Shown in pieces: positions 1-10,230 of a stretch of DNA of 64,000 nucleotides. The notes under the pieces are model-generated. The model worked only from the letters and a program-made list of their open reading frames with translations, did no database searches and had not been told where the DNA came from. Each line of letters starts with the position of its first letter. Position 1 is the first letter of the stretch. The position numbers were made by a program, and so were the translations under genes. Location: NCBI GenBank assembly GCA_000496235.1, contig KI543222.1, positions 26,942 through 90,941 of the forward strand, read 5' to 3'. This DNA is from an uncultured archaeon A07HR60 (lineage in GTDB: Archaea; Halobacteriota; Halobacteria; Halobacteriales; Haloferacaceae).

Positions 1-60
1 TCCGTGAGTGTGCTGACTGGCACGGTACAGCCACAGATGGCTGAAATGGGAACAGCCATC

Positions 61-107
61 TTAGATATCCTCCCCGCCCTGAAGCGCGGAGCATCCGCTC
101 GCTATCT
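61..107 (-). mobile_element. ~47 bp IS200/IS605-derived single-hairpin element (PATE-like), degenerate
   Basis: ttagatatcctccccgccctgaagcgcggagcatccgctcgctatct resembles the end motif ttgacatcctccccgccctaaagggcgaggattcc at 60093 and ttgagatcctccccgccctgaagggcgagg at 16640. Confidence 0.65.
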
Positions 108-215
108 GTCTGCCCACACAGCCAGGCTGATCGAGAAGATTGCGGCGCTATCGATCAGCGGCGTATTTCCCTGCGGGGGAAACGTATTTTTGAGCCCTCA
201 ACGTAACGTGAGAAA

Positions 216-667
216 ATGAAATACGTCGTAGCCACAGACGGCTCACCACAAAGCGACGAGGCGGTGCGACACGCCACCAGCCACGCGCTCGCGTTCGACG
301 CCACGCTGGAATTAGTCAACGTGATCACTCCCGGTACGGGGACGGTCGAGGGGAAGCCGATATTCGAGGGCGAAGATGTTGCTGCCGATGATGGCCGGCG
401 AATTCTCGATCGTGCGCGAGACGTCGCCCGTGACGCTTCGACGGACGAAGCGATGAGAGCGATGGAGGATCCGCCGTGCCCGAAATGAAAGGCGAATTAC
501 TCACGGGACGACCGGCACACGCCATCTCAAGCCATGCCGTCGAAACTGGTGCAGATGGGATTTACGTCGGCCACCGTGGTCTCTCCAGCGACCGCGAGAA
601 GGTCGTCGGGAGCGTGGCTAAAGGGATCCTCGACGAAGCCGAAGTGCCGGTGACGGTTGTTCGCTGA
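216..667 (+). pseudogene. Universal stress protein (UspA family), split by one frameshift near 470-480
   Basis: N-terminus YVVATDGSPQSDEAV in ORF 216-488; C-terminus GADGIYVGHRG...VGSVAKGILDEAEVPVTVVR in ORF 476-667; may be a sequencing indel. Confidence 0.8.
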
Positions 668-723
668 TCACTGTCACCTCGGCTGGCACTCCTCTATCGG
701 TCCATAATCAGTCTCTTCCGTCT

Positions 724-769
724 GTGACGGTTCCCACGCGGGGAATCGTGGGACTTTCTCTGCTCTCGT
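724..769 (-). mobile_element. Degenerate ~46 bp PATE-like hairpin element
   Basis: Minus strand acgagagcagagaaagtcccacg-attccccg-cgtgggaaccgtcac: GAAAG + hairpin + TCAC end, as in the other copies. Confidence 0.4.
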
Positions 770-1015
770 GTGAGTGGTGTCTCTAAGAGACCACTGGCAT
801 TGATCGCCGACCAGACACTACAGCGGACGGGGAGCCTGACCATATGAGTCCCGCTCCGGCCGTGACCGAGGCCACACCAGACACAGGTGATAAAAACATG
901 AGTGGCTGGTGAAATAGAGATTCATTCGGGACTCGCCAGCTCGGGAGTGCACCTCAAACGGAGTGTCACCCGACCGGCTTCGTGTTCGCGCGGTGGTCGC
1001 CAGCCAGTGTGTGGC

Positions 1016-1063
1016 CGAGTCGGGCCGAGTCGAGTCGAGTCGAGTCAAGTCAAGTCAAGTCAC
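1016..1063. repeat. Pentanucleotide microsatellite (CGAGT)n grading into (CAAGT)n
   Basis: ccgagtcgggccgagtcgagtcgagtcgagtcaagtcaagtcaagtcac. Confidence 0.85.
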
Positions 1064-1197
1064 AGTCGCTCACCTGTGGGCGATGCTGCCCAGGAGGTGG
1101 CAGAACGAGATTGGTCGGCAGACCCGCGATTCAGCTGAAGTGTAGTCAAGTCACACTCTCGTCTTCTCAAGTCGTGTTCACGGAGATACTCTGCGAA

Positions 1198-2274
1198 TCA
1201 CTCAGAGGGTGGTGACTCGGTGGCTGTGGCTGCGGGTTCTGGCGTGAGAAGGTCGTCATACTGTGCCCCAGTCTGTTTCAGCGTCTCTGTCGAGTAGAGC
1301 CGCTCGTGAGGCGAGGTGATGTAGTCGTTCGCGAGTTCGTCTATCTTCGCCTCTACAGCCGAGGCCTCTCGGCCGTGGATCATCGTGAACAGATTGTACG
1401 GCCAGTCCTGTTGAGGCCGACGCGGACGATGATAACACAGTGTCACGTACGGTAGCGTTCCGACTCGCTCGCCAACGGTATCGAGTTGCTCGTCCGGCAC
1501 GTCCCACACGATCATACAGTTGTTACGAAACCCGGTTACGACGTGGTTGACGACACAGCCAATCCGTTTGATGCATCCGTCATCGCGGAGCCTGTCTATC
1601 GCGGCGGTGACCTCGCTCACTGACGCGTTTACCGCCTCGGCGATTGCTCGATAAGGAGTCTTCACCAGGGGGAACCCGCCTTGTATCTCCATGAGGATTC
1701 TCGCGTCCAGTCCCGAGAGCCCCCCCGTTGCCTCTTCACTGATCCGCGTGGCCGTCACCGACGTTTCAGTGACCGACTCGCGCGCAAACCGGTCATCGTT
1801 TACAACCGGGAACTCAAGATCGATGTAGTAGTCGGTGTGCATCGGCAAGTTCAGCACGTCATAGCCGGTATCAGTCTCGATTTCGGCGAGAATCGCGTCA
1901 CGCCGGTCTCGAGAGGCTGCCGTGACGACGAACCACATATTCCACTCGTGATCCCGGCGGTAGTTGTGATTCACCTGCCGATATCCGTTGATCGTCTTGG
2001 CGACGGCGTCGAACTCTGAATCAGGGGCACTCACGGCCGCCAGCGTCGAGGACCCGATCACTGGTGGATTGAGGACAGCCCCGAACCGGCGGAACACCGA
2101 CGCGTCCCGAAGTGCCCGCGTTCTGTCCAGTGTTTCAGCTTCGTCGATACCGAGTTCCTCTGCTACGTGTGCGAAGGGTCGCTCACGGACGGGGAATCCG
2201 CTCTGGTAGTCGTCGATCAACGCAGCATCTGTCGCGTCGATCTTCGCGAGCCAATCCGCGTCTGTGCCCATCAT
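1198..2274 (-). CDS. Siroheme decarboxylase subunit, NirGH/AhbB-like (two fused Lrp/AsnC-like domains)
   Basis: Two repeats: YQSGFPVRERPF...VNHNYRRDHEWNMWFV and IQGGFPLVKTPY...VTLCYHRPRRPQQDWPYNLFTMIHGR; start taken at MMGTD. Confidence 0.85.
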   Translation of the reverse strand: MMGTDADWLAKIDATDAALIDDYQSGFPVRERPFAHVAEELGIDEAETLDRTRALRDASVFRRFGAVLNPPVIGSSTLAAVSAPDSEFDAVAKTINGYRQVNHNYRRDHEWNMWFVVTAASRDRRDAILAEIETDTGYDVLNLPMHTDYYIDLEFPVVNDDRFARESVTETSVTATRISEEATGGLSGLDARILMEIQGGFPLVKTPYRAIAEAVNASVSEVTAAIDRLRDDGCIKRIGCVVNHVVTGFRNNCMIVWDVPDEQLDTVGERVGTLPYVTLCYHRPRRPQQDWPYNLFTMIHGREASAVEAKIDELANDYITSPHERLYSTETLKQTGAQYDDLLTPEPAATATESPPSE

Positions 2275-2388
2275 TTGATATTTGATCGCAACGGTTCTAT
2301 GAGTTTCGGGTTGAGTCAAGGGGTGACTCTCGAAGGTCGTGTGCCGACCGCGCTTCAAGACGACCCGTGAGAGTGATGGATAACAAGC

Positions 2389-2422
2389 GGAATTCCCGAC
2401 TTCAGGGCGGGGAAGATGTCAA
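2389..2422 (+). mobile_element. IS200/IS605-family right end (hairpin + TCAA), probably with eroded tnpB 3' sequence upstream
   Basis: ggaattcccgacttcagggcggggaagatgtcaa. Confidence 0.7.
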
Positions 2423-2620
2423 GCGGTCCCGAGTAGCCGCCGGTATGAGAGAGTCTCCGGCACAGTGTCGGACTCGCCGGATCCATCGGTCTGGAACATG
2501 CTGTTTTGTCCGACCACGAATCCCGTGTCTCAGCAGTCCCATTAGGAACTCTCAAAACCGAAGCCAGAGCCGGAGACGGGGACACCTGACGGGCCAAAGC
2601 TTAGGCCCGTGTAGCAATTC

Positions 2621-3793
2621 ATGCTATCAATGCCCAACCGCATTCGGACAGCACTCGACAGAGGCCTCGGGCGTGTTCGAGGGTTTCTCGTGTGGTCTGT
2701 CCGCTCGTATGCATTGTTCGTCGTCATCGGTCTGGCAATCGGGTTGACACTGGCTCCGATGGCAATCCAGTATTCTGCCCAACCCGACGGCAAGGTCGCG
2801 GTAGTTTCGGTGGACGGGTCGATTGACGGCCAGCAGGCGGCTTCGTACGCGTCCATGATGACACAGGCTCGAGCTCAGGCCGACGCCGTGGTGATCGTCG
2901 CGAACAGCGGCGGCGGGTCGGCGTCTGCGAGTGAAGCCATGTACATCCAGACAAAGCGGACAAGTGAGCAGATCCCAGTAGTGACGACTATCGGCGGCGC
3001 AGCGGCGTCCGGGGCTTACTACACAATTGCCCCGTCAGACCGGATCTACACCAAGCCAGCCTCCGTCGTCGGAAGTATTGGTGTCAGAGCACCCACACCG
3101 ACTGATATCGAGCCACAAAACCTCGAGGGGACAACCGGCCCTGACAAGGTCTCGTCGTTCGGCGGAGACCGGCAGTTCTTCCACGCGCTTGAAACGCTCA
3201 AACGAGCCTTCCTTGGAGCCGTGGTGACACACCGCGGAGACCGGCTCGAGATCTCTGAAAACGAGGTCGCGACTGCGCGGACGTGGACAGGTGCTTCGGC
3301 CGTTCAGGTGGGTCTTGCAGACGAGATCGGCGACCAACAGGCCGCAATTGAATTTGCTGCCGCCGAGGCTGGGCTCAACAACCCAGAGGTGGTCGTGTTG
3401 ACGCCCGAAGAACGCGCGCCCAGCTTCATGCTCCGGAGCACATATCTTGCGTCTGCCGCCGACGAGCGACAGTTCACCGGCGGCCAGCAGTTCGCTGTAT
3501 CCGATCCCGGCGGGTTGCCGACGTTTCTGATGGTCCCAGGCGGTGTGGTCGGGACCGCTGACGAGCCGCTACTCTCGGCGACAACGGCCAGTCAGATCTC
3601 AGAATCTGAGGAGGTGATAACCGACGACACCACCACCGGAGAGGAAACAGCGAGAAACGCGACAGACACCACCGATGATCAACAAGCTCTCTCCAGAAGT
3701 GGCGCCCAACGGTTCGATGCTCACGCTTCCAGTCTCGCCGGGAGACCGCCGACAGATCTGAGTTCTACCGTTGTGAGAGGTGAAGCTACATGA
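2621..3793 (+). CDS. S49 family signal peptide peptidase (SppA-like), membrane anchored
   Basis: N-terminal TM helix; NSGGG, AASGAYY, VGSIGV, GLADEIG motifs. Confidence 0.85.
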   Translation: MLSMPNRIRTALDRGLGRVRGFLVWSVRSYALFVVIGLAIGLTLAPMAIQYSAQPDGKVAVVSVDGSIDGQQAASYASMMTQARAQADAVVIVANSGGGSASASEAMYIQTKRTSEQIPVVTTIGGAAASGAYYTIAPSDRIYTKPASVVGSIGVRAPTPTDIEPQNLEGTTGPDKVSSFGGDRQFFHALETLKRAFLGAVVTHRGDRLEISENEVATARTWTGASAVQVGLADEIGDQQAAIEFAAAEAGLNNPEVVVLTPEERAPSFMLRSTYLASAADERQFTGGQQFAVSDPGGLPTFLMVPGGVVGTADEPLLSATTASQISESEEVITDDTTTGEETARNATDTTDDQQALSRSGAQRFDAHASSLAGRPPTDLSSTVVRGEAT

Positions 3794-4833
3794 CTCGACT
3801 GGGAAAGCTCGCCAATGGGCTCATTCTGACCGCTCTAGTGGCGGGGTTGGTCGTGGCCGGGGCTGGAGCTCTTCCGGTGGTGTTGTCGCCAGTAGACCAG
3901 AGCAGCGAACAAACGACGTATGAAGAGTTCGAGCCAGAGACGATCGTTTCAGAGCCGCTTGCGTCGACTGGCACGATCACGCCAGACAAGAGTCTCACGG
4001 ATACCACCGGTGAGGTCTTGATCGACACGTCTGCGTCGAACCGGTTCGGGCGGACCGATATTCAGCCGATGGTAACAGCGTTCAACGAGGTTGGATACGA
4101 TACGACACTGGATGCGGAGTCTGACTTCGAAGAGAAGCTCACAACTGCCGATGCGCTAGTGATCATCGACCCGGGATCGGCGTACTCCGAAGATCAACTC
4201 GACGAGATCGAGTCGTTCCTGAACAGCGGTGGCCGGGTGGTCGTCCTGGGTGAGCCGAATCGTGTCAGCGTGAGTGTTGGGCTGTTCGGCTCATCGCTCC
4301 AGGAGACACAAAGCGACCTCACCTCGTTCGAGTCTAAATTCGGTCTTCAGTTCAATACGGAGTATGTCTACGACCAGAGTAACAACGACGGAAACTACCG
4401 GCGACCGATCGTCTCACCACACGATGACGCGAGTCTATCGCCGGCGGATACCCTCGGAGACGCCGAAGATATCGTCTTATACACACCGACCGAGGTGCAA
4501 TCGACCAACGACGCCGAACCGGTACTGGTCACTTCACCGTCGGCCAAACAGTCTGGGACAGATCGCACCGGGTCGCGAACAGTCGCAGTTCGTGACGGGA
4601 ACCTTCTCGCGGTCGGCGACTCATCGTTCATCGGAGCCGAACGTCACAACGTTGGTGATAATGACATCTTCCTGGCTGCAGTCGTCGAATTTCTGGTCTC
4701 CGGTGACCGCACGCTAGATATCCCCACCGTCGACGAGTCTGATGGAGACTCTGCCGACGCGCCCGCTAACGAGACTGACGACAACTCCGGCGACGCGGCC
4801 GCCGTCGGGAGCGTTCGGATTCAGAGTTACTGA
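3790..4833 (+). CDS. Membrane-anchored DUF4350/GldG-like domain protein
   Basis: ATGA overlap with the SppA-like gene; TM helix; ADALVIIDP...FLNSGGRVVVLGEP, AVGDSSF, DNDIFL. Confidence 0.7.
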   Translation: MTRLGKLANGLILTALVAGLVVAGAGALPVVLSPVDQSSEQTTYEEFEPETIVSEPLASTGTITPDKSLTDTTGEVLIDTSASNRFGRTDIQPMVTAFNEVGYDTTLDAESDFEEKLTTADALVIIDPGSAYSEDQLDEIESFLNSGGRVVVLGEPNRVSVSVGLFGSSLQETQSDLTSFESKFGLQFNTEYVYDQSNNDGNYRRPIVSPHDDASLSPADTLGDAEDIVLYTPTEVQSTNDAEPVLVTSPSAKQSGTDRTGSRTVAVRDGNLLAVGDSSFIGAERHNVGDNDIFLAAVVEFLVSGDRTLDIPTVDESDGDSADAPANETDDNSGDAAAVGSVRIQSY

Positions 4834-5047
4834 ACGGTTCTGAGCGGTTCACGTAGCTTCGAGTGGACTTGTCTGGGAGAGTGTTCACGGGGCGACAGAT
4901 TCGATTACAGATTAAAAGAAGATCGCTCCTTCCTCTGGTGCAAGAATCATACGAAGGCTGTACGGAAGAATGAGTGAGGTAGTCGAGAGTGGATGCGGAC
5001 GATTAAACAACAAACAAGTTATGACGTTACGCGACTAAATTTTCCTC

Positions 5048-6133
5048 ATGTCCGAAGCGACGCAGCAGTTTGGTGACTGGCCACTGAAGCGGCTCATGAC
5101 AGAGGTGTGCGGATCAGGCCCGAAATCGGCGGCCGATCTGAGCTACGATCAGGCGACAGAGGCGTTCACTCGGATCCTCGCTGGAGAGCCAGATCAGACT
5201 ACCCTCGGCGCATTCTGGCTGTCGAACCGCTGGAAACGAAACGTGGCCGAGGAACTAGCCGCATACACTGACGTGATGTGTGACCGGGTAGAGCAGGCCG
5301 AACCGGACGTCGACCCAGTCGACTGTGGGGCCAACTACGACGGGAAAGCCGAGACAGCGATCCTCGGGGTGGCTGCAGGGATTGTCGCCGCGGCCGCTGG
5401 AACCCCAGTCGTGGCCCACTCTGGTGACCGTGTCCCGACACAAAAGCAGGACTCCTACAAACACGTCCTCGACGAGCTCGGTGTGAGCACGGAGTTAGCG
5501 CCGCAAGATTCTGCGGACATGGTCGACGAAACTGGATTCGGCTTTTATTACCAACCGGCATTCAACCCGGCCATCGACGGCCTGTCCGGGCGCCGCGACC
5601 AGATGGGCGTCAGATCCTTTGTCAACACGGTCGAGACCCTGGCAAATCCCGCTAATGCGGCGGTCCACCTGGGCTCGTTTTATCACTTGGCGTTCGCGAA
5701 GAAAGTGTGTGACACGTTCCAGCAGTCTGAAAGCCACGACATGGACCGGGTAATCATGTTCCAAGGGATGGAAGGCTACGATGATATCCGGCCAGGATAC
5801 ACCAAAGTTGCAGAGTGGCAGGCGGACGGTGACAGCGACGATGACGGGTCGAGTTTCGACGACTACGAGATCGAAACCGAAGAGTACGGGATGGACTTCG
5901 AGAGCGAGGATCTCGAAGTCGGGGACGTAGCTGCCGATTCGGCGACAATCACCCGCGAGGTTGTCGCCGGCAACCGGGATGACCAATTCCACGACGCGGT
6001 GGCGCTCAATGCTGCGTTCCGAATTTACGCGCGGGATGATGCGGCGTCGCTGAGTGCTGGCCTCGAAGACGCGCGCCAGGCGATCGAGTCCGGAGCTGCG
6101 GCCGCCGTTCTCGAGGATCTCCAGCAGTTCTGA
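5048..6133 (+). CDS. Anthranilate phosphoribosyltransferase-like protein (TrpD2/YbiB type)
   Basis: LGAFWLSNRWKR, GANYDGK, RRDQMGVRSFVNTVETLANP. Confidence 0.8.
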   Translation: MSEATQQFGDWPLKRLMTEVCGSGPKSAADLSYDQATEAFTRILAGEPDQTTLGAFWLSNRWKRNVAEELAAYTDVMCDRVEQAEPDVDPVDCGANYDGKAETAILGVAAGIVAAAAGTPVVAHSGDRVPTQKQDSYKHVLDELGVSTELAPQDSADMVDETGFGFYYQPAFNPAIDGLSGRRDQMGVRSFVNTVETLANPANAAVHLGSFYHLAFAKKVCDTFQQSESHDMDRVIMFQGMEGYDDIRPGYTKVAEWQADGDSDDDGSSFDDYEIETEEYGMDFESEDLEVGDVAADSATITREVVAGNRDDQFHDAVALNAAFRIYARDDAASLSAGLEDARQAIESGAAAAVLEDLQQF

Positions 6134-6452
6134 CACTCCTGGCGAATCCCCGCCGGCACAGCGCTGCAAGAGAAATTCTTGGTTTTGCGCCGCGGGCCAT
6201 CGAAGCCGCATCCTCGTGTCACGCGTTCCAGCGAGCCCGTCGACTTCGCCCTCACATCTCCTTGACTTGCTTTTGCCCCTGATAAGGCGAGATTCCTCTG
6301 TAGGTGATCTGGCCGGGAGATTACTCTAGGTGTGAACTCCCAGGATCGCTGGTTCTGATGAGTTCTCCATGGCCGGGGATGATGATTCACACAGCCACTC
6401 AACAGAACCCTCTTATTCGAGTCACCTCCAGGAGTGTGTTACATCCGGAAGC

Positions 6453-7406
6453 TCACTCGAATCGCTCGGCCACGCCGACGAGGGTACTCCCGGTGGTGAC
6501 AGACGCCTCTCGAGTAATCGAGTACAGAATACCGTCACGGTCCGCGCGGACCTCTTGGAGCCGCTCGTAGGTCGTCGGGTCATAGACATCACCGAGGAAC
6601 TGGCCTTCTTGCACATCGGCACCGACTTCGATGCCCGCGGCAGGCCGGAATAACCCCGAATCGGTGGCCCCGACACGTCCCAGGTGGTTTCGTGCGACGG
6701 TCCCCTCCCACGGTGAGGCGTTCCCGTCGAGTAGCCCCCACTCGGCGAGAACGGCCTCAAGACCCTCGACTCCGGTTTCGATGGCCGGTTCGACGAGCTG
6801 TTTGTTGTGTGCGAGTTCCGGGGTAATCGACGGGATACCGTGACGGGTCGCTACGACACGGAGTTTCCGTCCGAAGCCGCGTTCTGACCACTCCGTGGCA
6901 GCCTCATCACCTGCGGCCTCTGCTAGCAAGAGATCCGTCCCAAACGCCTCCGCAAGGCGTCTACACTCTGTGTCACCCTGGAGATACACTGCGTGTGTGA
7001 GCATCGAGAGCGAGCCGGTGTGAAGGTCGACTATCGCGTCTGCCTGTTCGATGTACTCCCACAGGCGGGCGGCCATGCGTTCGTGGAGGCTCCCCTTGAG
7101 ACTCCCTGGCCAGCATCGATTCATATTTGGGTTCACCGAGTCGAGTGCCTCCGGCGTCGTGTACGAGACTCGGTCGAACGTGAGCGGGTCCGCAATCGGG
7201 ACCGCGATGAGGGTTCCATCAAGATCTGGTCCGCCGGTGAGTCGGTCGTGGAGCCGGCGCAAAACCTCCGCCCCGTTGACTTCCTGACCGTGTTGGGCTG
7301 CTTGGGTGTAGATCGTCGGTGACCCCGACCCATACACGTGGACCGTCGTCCGAATCGGGACTCCCGAGGGAAGACGAGCGAGCGTGACTTCCTCCGTCGT
7401 GTGCAT
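6453..7406 (-). CDS. Succinylglutamate desuccinylase/aspartoacylase family (M14) protein
   Basis: AAQHGQEVNG, NMNRCWPG, IVDLHTG, ITPEL; C-terminal biotinyl-like domain; start at MHTTEE. Confidence 0.88.
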   Translation of the reverse strand: MHTTEEVTLARLPSGVPIRTTVHVYGSGSPTIYTQAAQHGQEVNGAEVLRRLHDRLTGGPDLDGTLIAVPIADPLTFDRVSYTTPEALDSVNPNMNRCWPGSLKGSLHERMAARLWEYIEQADAIVDLHTGSLSMLTHAVYLQGDTECRRLAEAFGTDLLLAEAAGDEAATEWSERGFGRKLRVVATRHGIPSITPELAHNKQLVEPAIETGVEGLEAVLAEWGLLDGNASPWEGTVARNHLGRVGATDSGLFRPAAGIEVGADVQEGQFLGDVYDPTTYERLQEVRADRDGILYSITREASVTTGSTLVGVAERFE

Positions 7407-7936
7407 GCCCGAGACAACACCCCTGGCGGCTTGTAGCCACGGGTCGAAAGCGTCGCCTGACACGTGAGTGTCTCTGTCCCGAGAGTCTGTCGAAAGACTG
7501 GTTGGGGGGTTAATCTTCAGCAGCGCGTCGGTCGGGAACGCGACGGAACATCCCGTCGGTCGACCGACTGCGGTGGAGACCCCGGAAACGACGACCGCAG
7601 TGGAGACGATGGCAGCACTCGCGACGCAGCCTAGATATTGCTCTCATAAACCATATGCGGCGATATGAATTCTCCGGGATCTCGTGTCTGATCCGACAGG
7701 CTACTGACGACCATCGGCCATCGGCCATCCGAGGTGGACCGAACGGGTCGACATCGGGTCCCAGAGTGCCGACAGCGACTATTCCCGACTGAGTGTTCGC
7801 TCTACTTCCAGCGGGTGCTGGTCATCAACTGCGTATGACTGAGTCGTCTGGCCTGCTGCGAGAAACCCGGGTATCGACGGGATTCAATGAGGATGCGAGT
7901 CAACATCCTTTTGCGCTGCCTGACAAATTATCATCC

Positions 7937-8503
7937 ATGGCAAGCCCGGAAAACCCCGAGAATCCGACGGCGACTCTCCACACGAACCACGGAGACATTG
8001 TGGTTGAGTTGTTCGAAGATCGAGTTCCACAGACCGTAGGGAATTTCGTCGGACTGGCGACAGATACTGACGCTGATGGAGACGCTGAGCCCGGTCGGGG
8101 GACTGGTGCCTGGGAAGACCCAGATACCGGAGAAGTCCACACCGGGGCAATGTACGAAGACATCGAAATACACCGAGTGATCGATGACTTCATGATCCAG
8201 ACCGGTGATCCGACCGGGACCGGCAGAGGTGGTCCTGGCTACACGTTCGACGACGAATTTCACGACGACCTGAGCCACGACGGAGCCGGAACGCTCTCGA
8301 TGGCCAACCGCGGCCCAGACACGAACGGCTCCCAATTCTTCATCACCCTGGCCGCGCAGCCGCATCTCGACGACCGTCACGCTGTGTTCGGATCGGTGAT
8401 CGACGGTATGGATGTGGTCGAAGAAATCGGCAACCTCCCGACGGATGGAGATGATACGCCACAAGAACGCAGCGTCGTGGAATCAATCGGCATCGAACAC
8501 TAA
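7937..8503 (+). CDS. Cyclophilin-type peptidyl-prolyl cis-trans isomerase
   Basis: HRVIDDFMIQTGDPTGTGRGGPGY, LSMANRGPDTNGSQFFIT, HAVFG. Confidence 0.95.
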   Translation: MASPENPENPTATLHTNHGDIVVELFEDRVPQTVGNFVGLATDTDADGDAEPGRGTGAWEDPDTGEVHTGAMYEDIEIHRVIDDFMIQTGDPTGTGRGGPGYTFDDEFHDDLSHDGAGTLSMANRGPDTNGSQFFITLAAQPHLDDRHAVFGSVIDGMDVVEEIGNLPTDGDDTPQERSVVESIGIEH

Positions 8504-8541
8504 TCTAAGACGGTTATTCCGCTTGACGTGGACTCTTCGCT

Positions 8542-8687
8542 GGGGGGCTAAGCGTCATAATACGCTGGGATTGAGGCTGAGCGACACCTCGGTCTTGTGT
8601 AAGCCCCAACCGCCGAAAACTGAAGACCGACTGACTGCTGTAGACCCGGCGGCCGGACAACCGGCCTCTGTATCCGTGATCCGGATA
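8542..8687 (+). ncRNA. Candidate structured ncRNA (three-way junction plus further stems; possibly HgcC-like)
   Basis: Stems GGGGCT 8544/AGCCCC 8602, AGCGT 8551/ACGCT 8562, GGGATTGAGG 8567/CCTCGGTCTT 8587, CCGCCG 8610/CGGCGG 8647; TATA-like ggttattc ~25 nt upstream; T-run downstream. Confidence 0.6.
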
Positions 8688-8788
8688 GTACTAATAATCC
8701 TGACACTTTTTCACGTCTAAAAGCCCGTCGTGATAAAACTTATCGCCAACGGTTATGCCGCATCCCGGGTGAGCATGTGGCGCACAGC

Positions 8789-9142
8789 ATGTTCGAACAG
8801 TTTTCGAGCGGATACTACGTCGGGGAAGTGTACATCGAGCCGGGCAAGGGTGATCGGGGAGCAATCCAAACGGTCGCTCACGAGCGGCTAAACAAACAAC
8901 TCTATGTCGGAGACGAAGGCGGAAAGGGGCTCTCGCGGCTCGACGCACCGCTAGTGATGAAAATTGAAGGGACTCACTTTCCGGTGGTCGCGAGCGAAGA
9001 CACGCCGGCAGGAACGCTCGAGCTGCCGCCAGAATACACTGATAAGCGGCTTCCTACTCGCAGTGCGGTGTTTCTCGCGAAAGGCGACCGCGCGGTAGAC
9101 CTGCTGCGGTACTCTGGGTGGGACCTGGCGAGTGGTGCCTGA
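8789..9142 (+). CDS. Conserved haloarchaeal protein (DUF5802-like)
   Basis: MFEQFSSGYYVG...RLDAPLVMKI...HFPV signature. Confidence 0.7.
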   Translation: MFEQFSSGYYVGEVYIEPGKGDRGAIQTVAHERLNKQLYVGDEGGKGLSRLDAPLVMKIEGTHFPVVASEDTPAGTLELPPEYTDKRLPTRSAVFLAKGDRAVDLLRYSGWDLASGA

Positions 9143-9250
9143 CTCCACCCCGATCACGATTCCTCCGACTGACAGACGACGGCGTGTGACCGACCCAGGT
9201 TGGTGAGACGGTGTCACTAGTTTCAAGTCACGTCGTCTCCCGGTAATTGT

Positions 9251-10150
9251 ATGCTTGACAGGCTGCTCGGGCGCGCCGAGCTCAAAGAGCAGATCGAGGA
9301 GCTCACGAAGCAAAAGGATCACCTCCAGCGGCAAGTCGAGGCCGAACAGCGCCGTCGTGCTGACGCGGTCGCAGACAAACAGCGGGCCGAAGAGCGGATT
9401 AATCGGCTCGAAGATCGGATCGAGCAGCTCGAAGACCGGGTCAGGCGGGAGACCGCTGACGGGCAGACAGCCCCGGAGTATCGGGTGATGCGAGAGGTTG
9501 GCCCGGACCGGGCTGGTGAACTCTACGGACGCCTGGCTACGATCCAGTCTGATTCTGACGGACTGTTGACCGCCGCAGTTACCGATTCAGACTCGATCCC
9601 GACGACGGTCAGTGACCGACTAGGCGACCGGACAGCACTGGTCCGGCGTGCTGCCCCAGCACTGGTCGTCATCGACGACGCCGGCCTCGTCGCGGCCGCG
9701 CTGAATCTCCCGGTAATGCCGGACCCGTTCGACGGGTGGGCGGATAGCTTTCGGCTGCAACCGTCGTGGTTTCAGCCGACCAGCCGATTCGCGTTTGGGC
9801 TCCTGCGGTCGGACACGTTCGCGCTGGGGATCTACGAGGGACGCGAACGAGAATCCCTCACCGCCTTCAAGAGTGAGGTGAAATCCCAGCACTCCAAAGG
9901 TGGTTTCTCACAGGACCGGTTCGAGCGACGCCGAGACGGGCAGATCGAGGATCACCTCGAGAAAGCTCGCGACGAGATTCGAGACGCCGACGAGGTCGAT
10001 CAGATTATTCTGGTTGGTGAACGGACTGTCCTGTCGGAACTGCGAGAGCTAGCCGACACCACAGACGTGGCAGACGCCAGTGGCGACCCGGAGACGGCAC
10101 TCAAGCAAGCGTTCCACGATTTCTGGACTGTCCGGGTTCGCGGACTGTGA
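9251..10150 (+). CDS. Vms1/ANKZF1-like (VLRF1 clade) release-factor homolog
   Basis: N-terminal coiled coil; VKSQHSKGGFSQDRFERRR loop. Confidence 0.85.
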   Translation: MLDRLLGRAELKEQIEELTKQKDHLQRQVEAEQRRRADAVADKQRAEERINRLEDRIEQLEDRVRRETADGQTAPEYRVMREVGPDRAGELYGRLATIQSDSDGLLTAAVTDSDSIPTTVSDRLGDRTALVRRAAPALVVIDDAGLVAAALNLPVMPDPFDGWADSFRLQPSWFQPTSRFAFGLLRSDTFALGIYEGRERESLTAFKSEVKSQHSKGGFSQDRFERRRDGQIEDHLEKARDEIRDADEVDQIILVGERTVLSELRELADTTDVADASGDPETALKQAFHDFWTVRVRGL

Positions 10151-10198
10151 GTCCTGACCTCTCGGGTGCAGGCGGCCGGTATAGACGTTCCGATGCGG

Positions 10199-10230
10199 GT
10201 GAACTACCCTACCCTACCCTACTCGCTTAC
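10199..10230 (-). mobile_element. Right end of the tnpB-bearing IS605/IS1341 element, displaced by a nested insertion
   Basis: gtgaactaccctaccctaccctactcgcttac joins ggctgacgccgttcgctac at 10741; the uninterrupted homolog is at 32494 (gtgaactaccccacccgactcgctcacggctcgcgccggtcgctc). Confidence 0.75.

Noticed and set aside
818..1215. Short ORFs over the microsatellite, and the many Arg/Ser-rich antisense ORFs throughout
   Set aside because: Shadow ORFs expected in GC-rich DNA; they lack acidic composition and motifs
6262..6296. Additional IS605 right end (ttgacttgcttttgcccctgataaggcgagattcc)
   Set aside because: Too degenerate and no matching left end found
8610..8652. Hammerhead ribozyme (GAAA and CTGAAGA present)
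   Set aside because: The two motifs are directly adjacent without the intervening stems the hammerhead core requires
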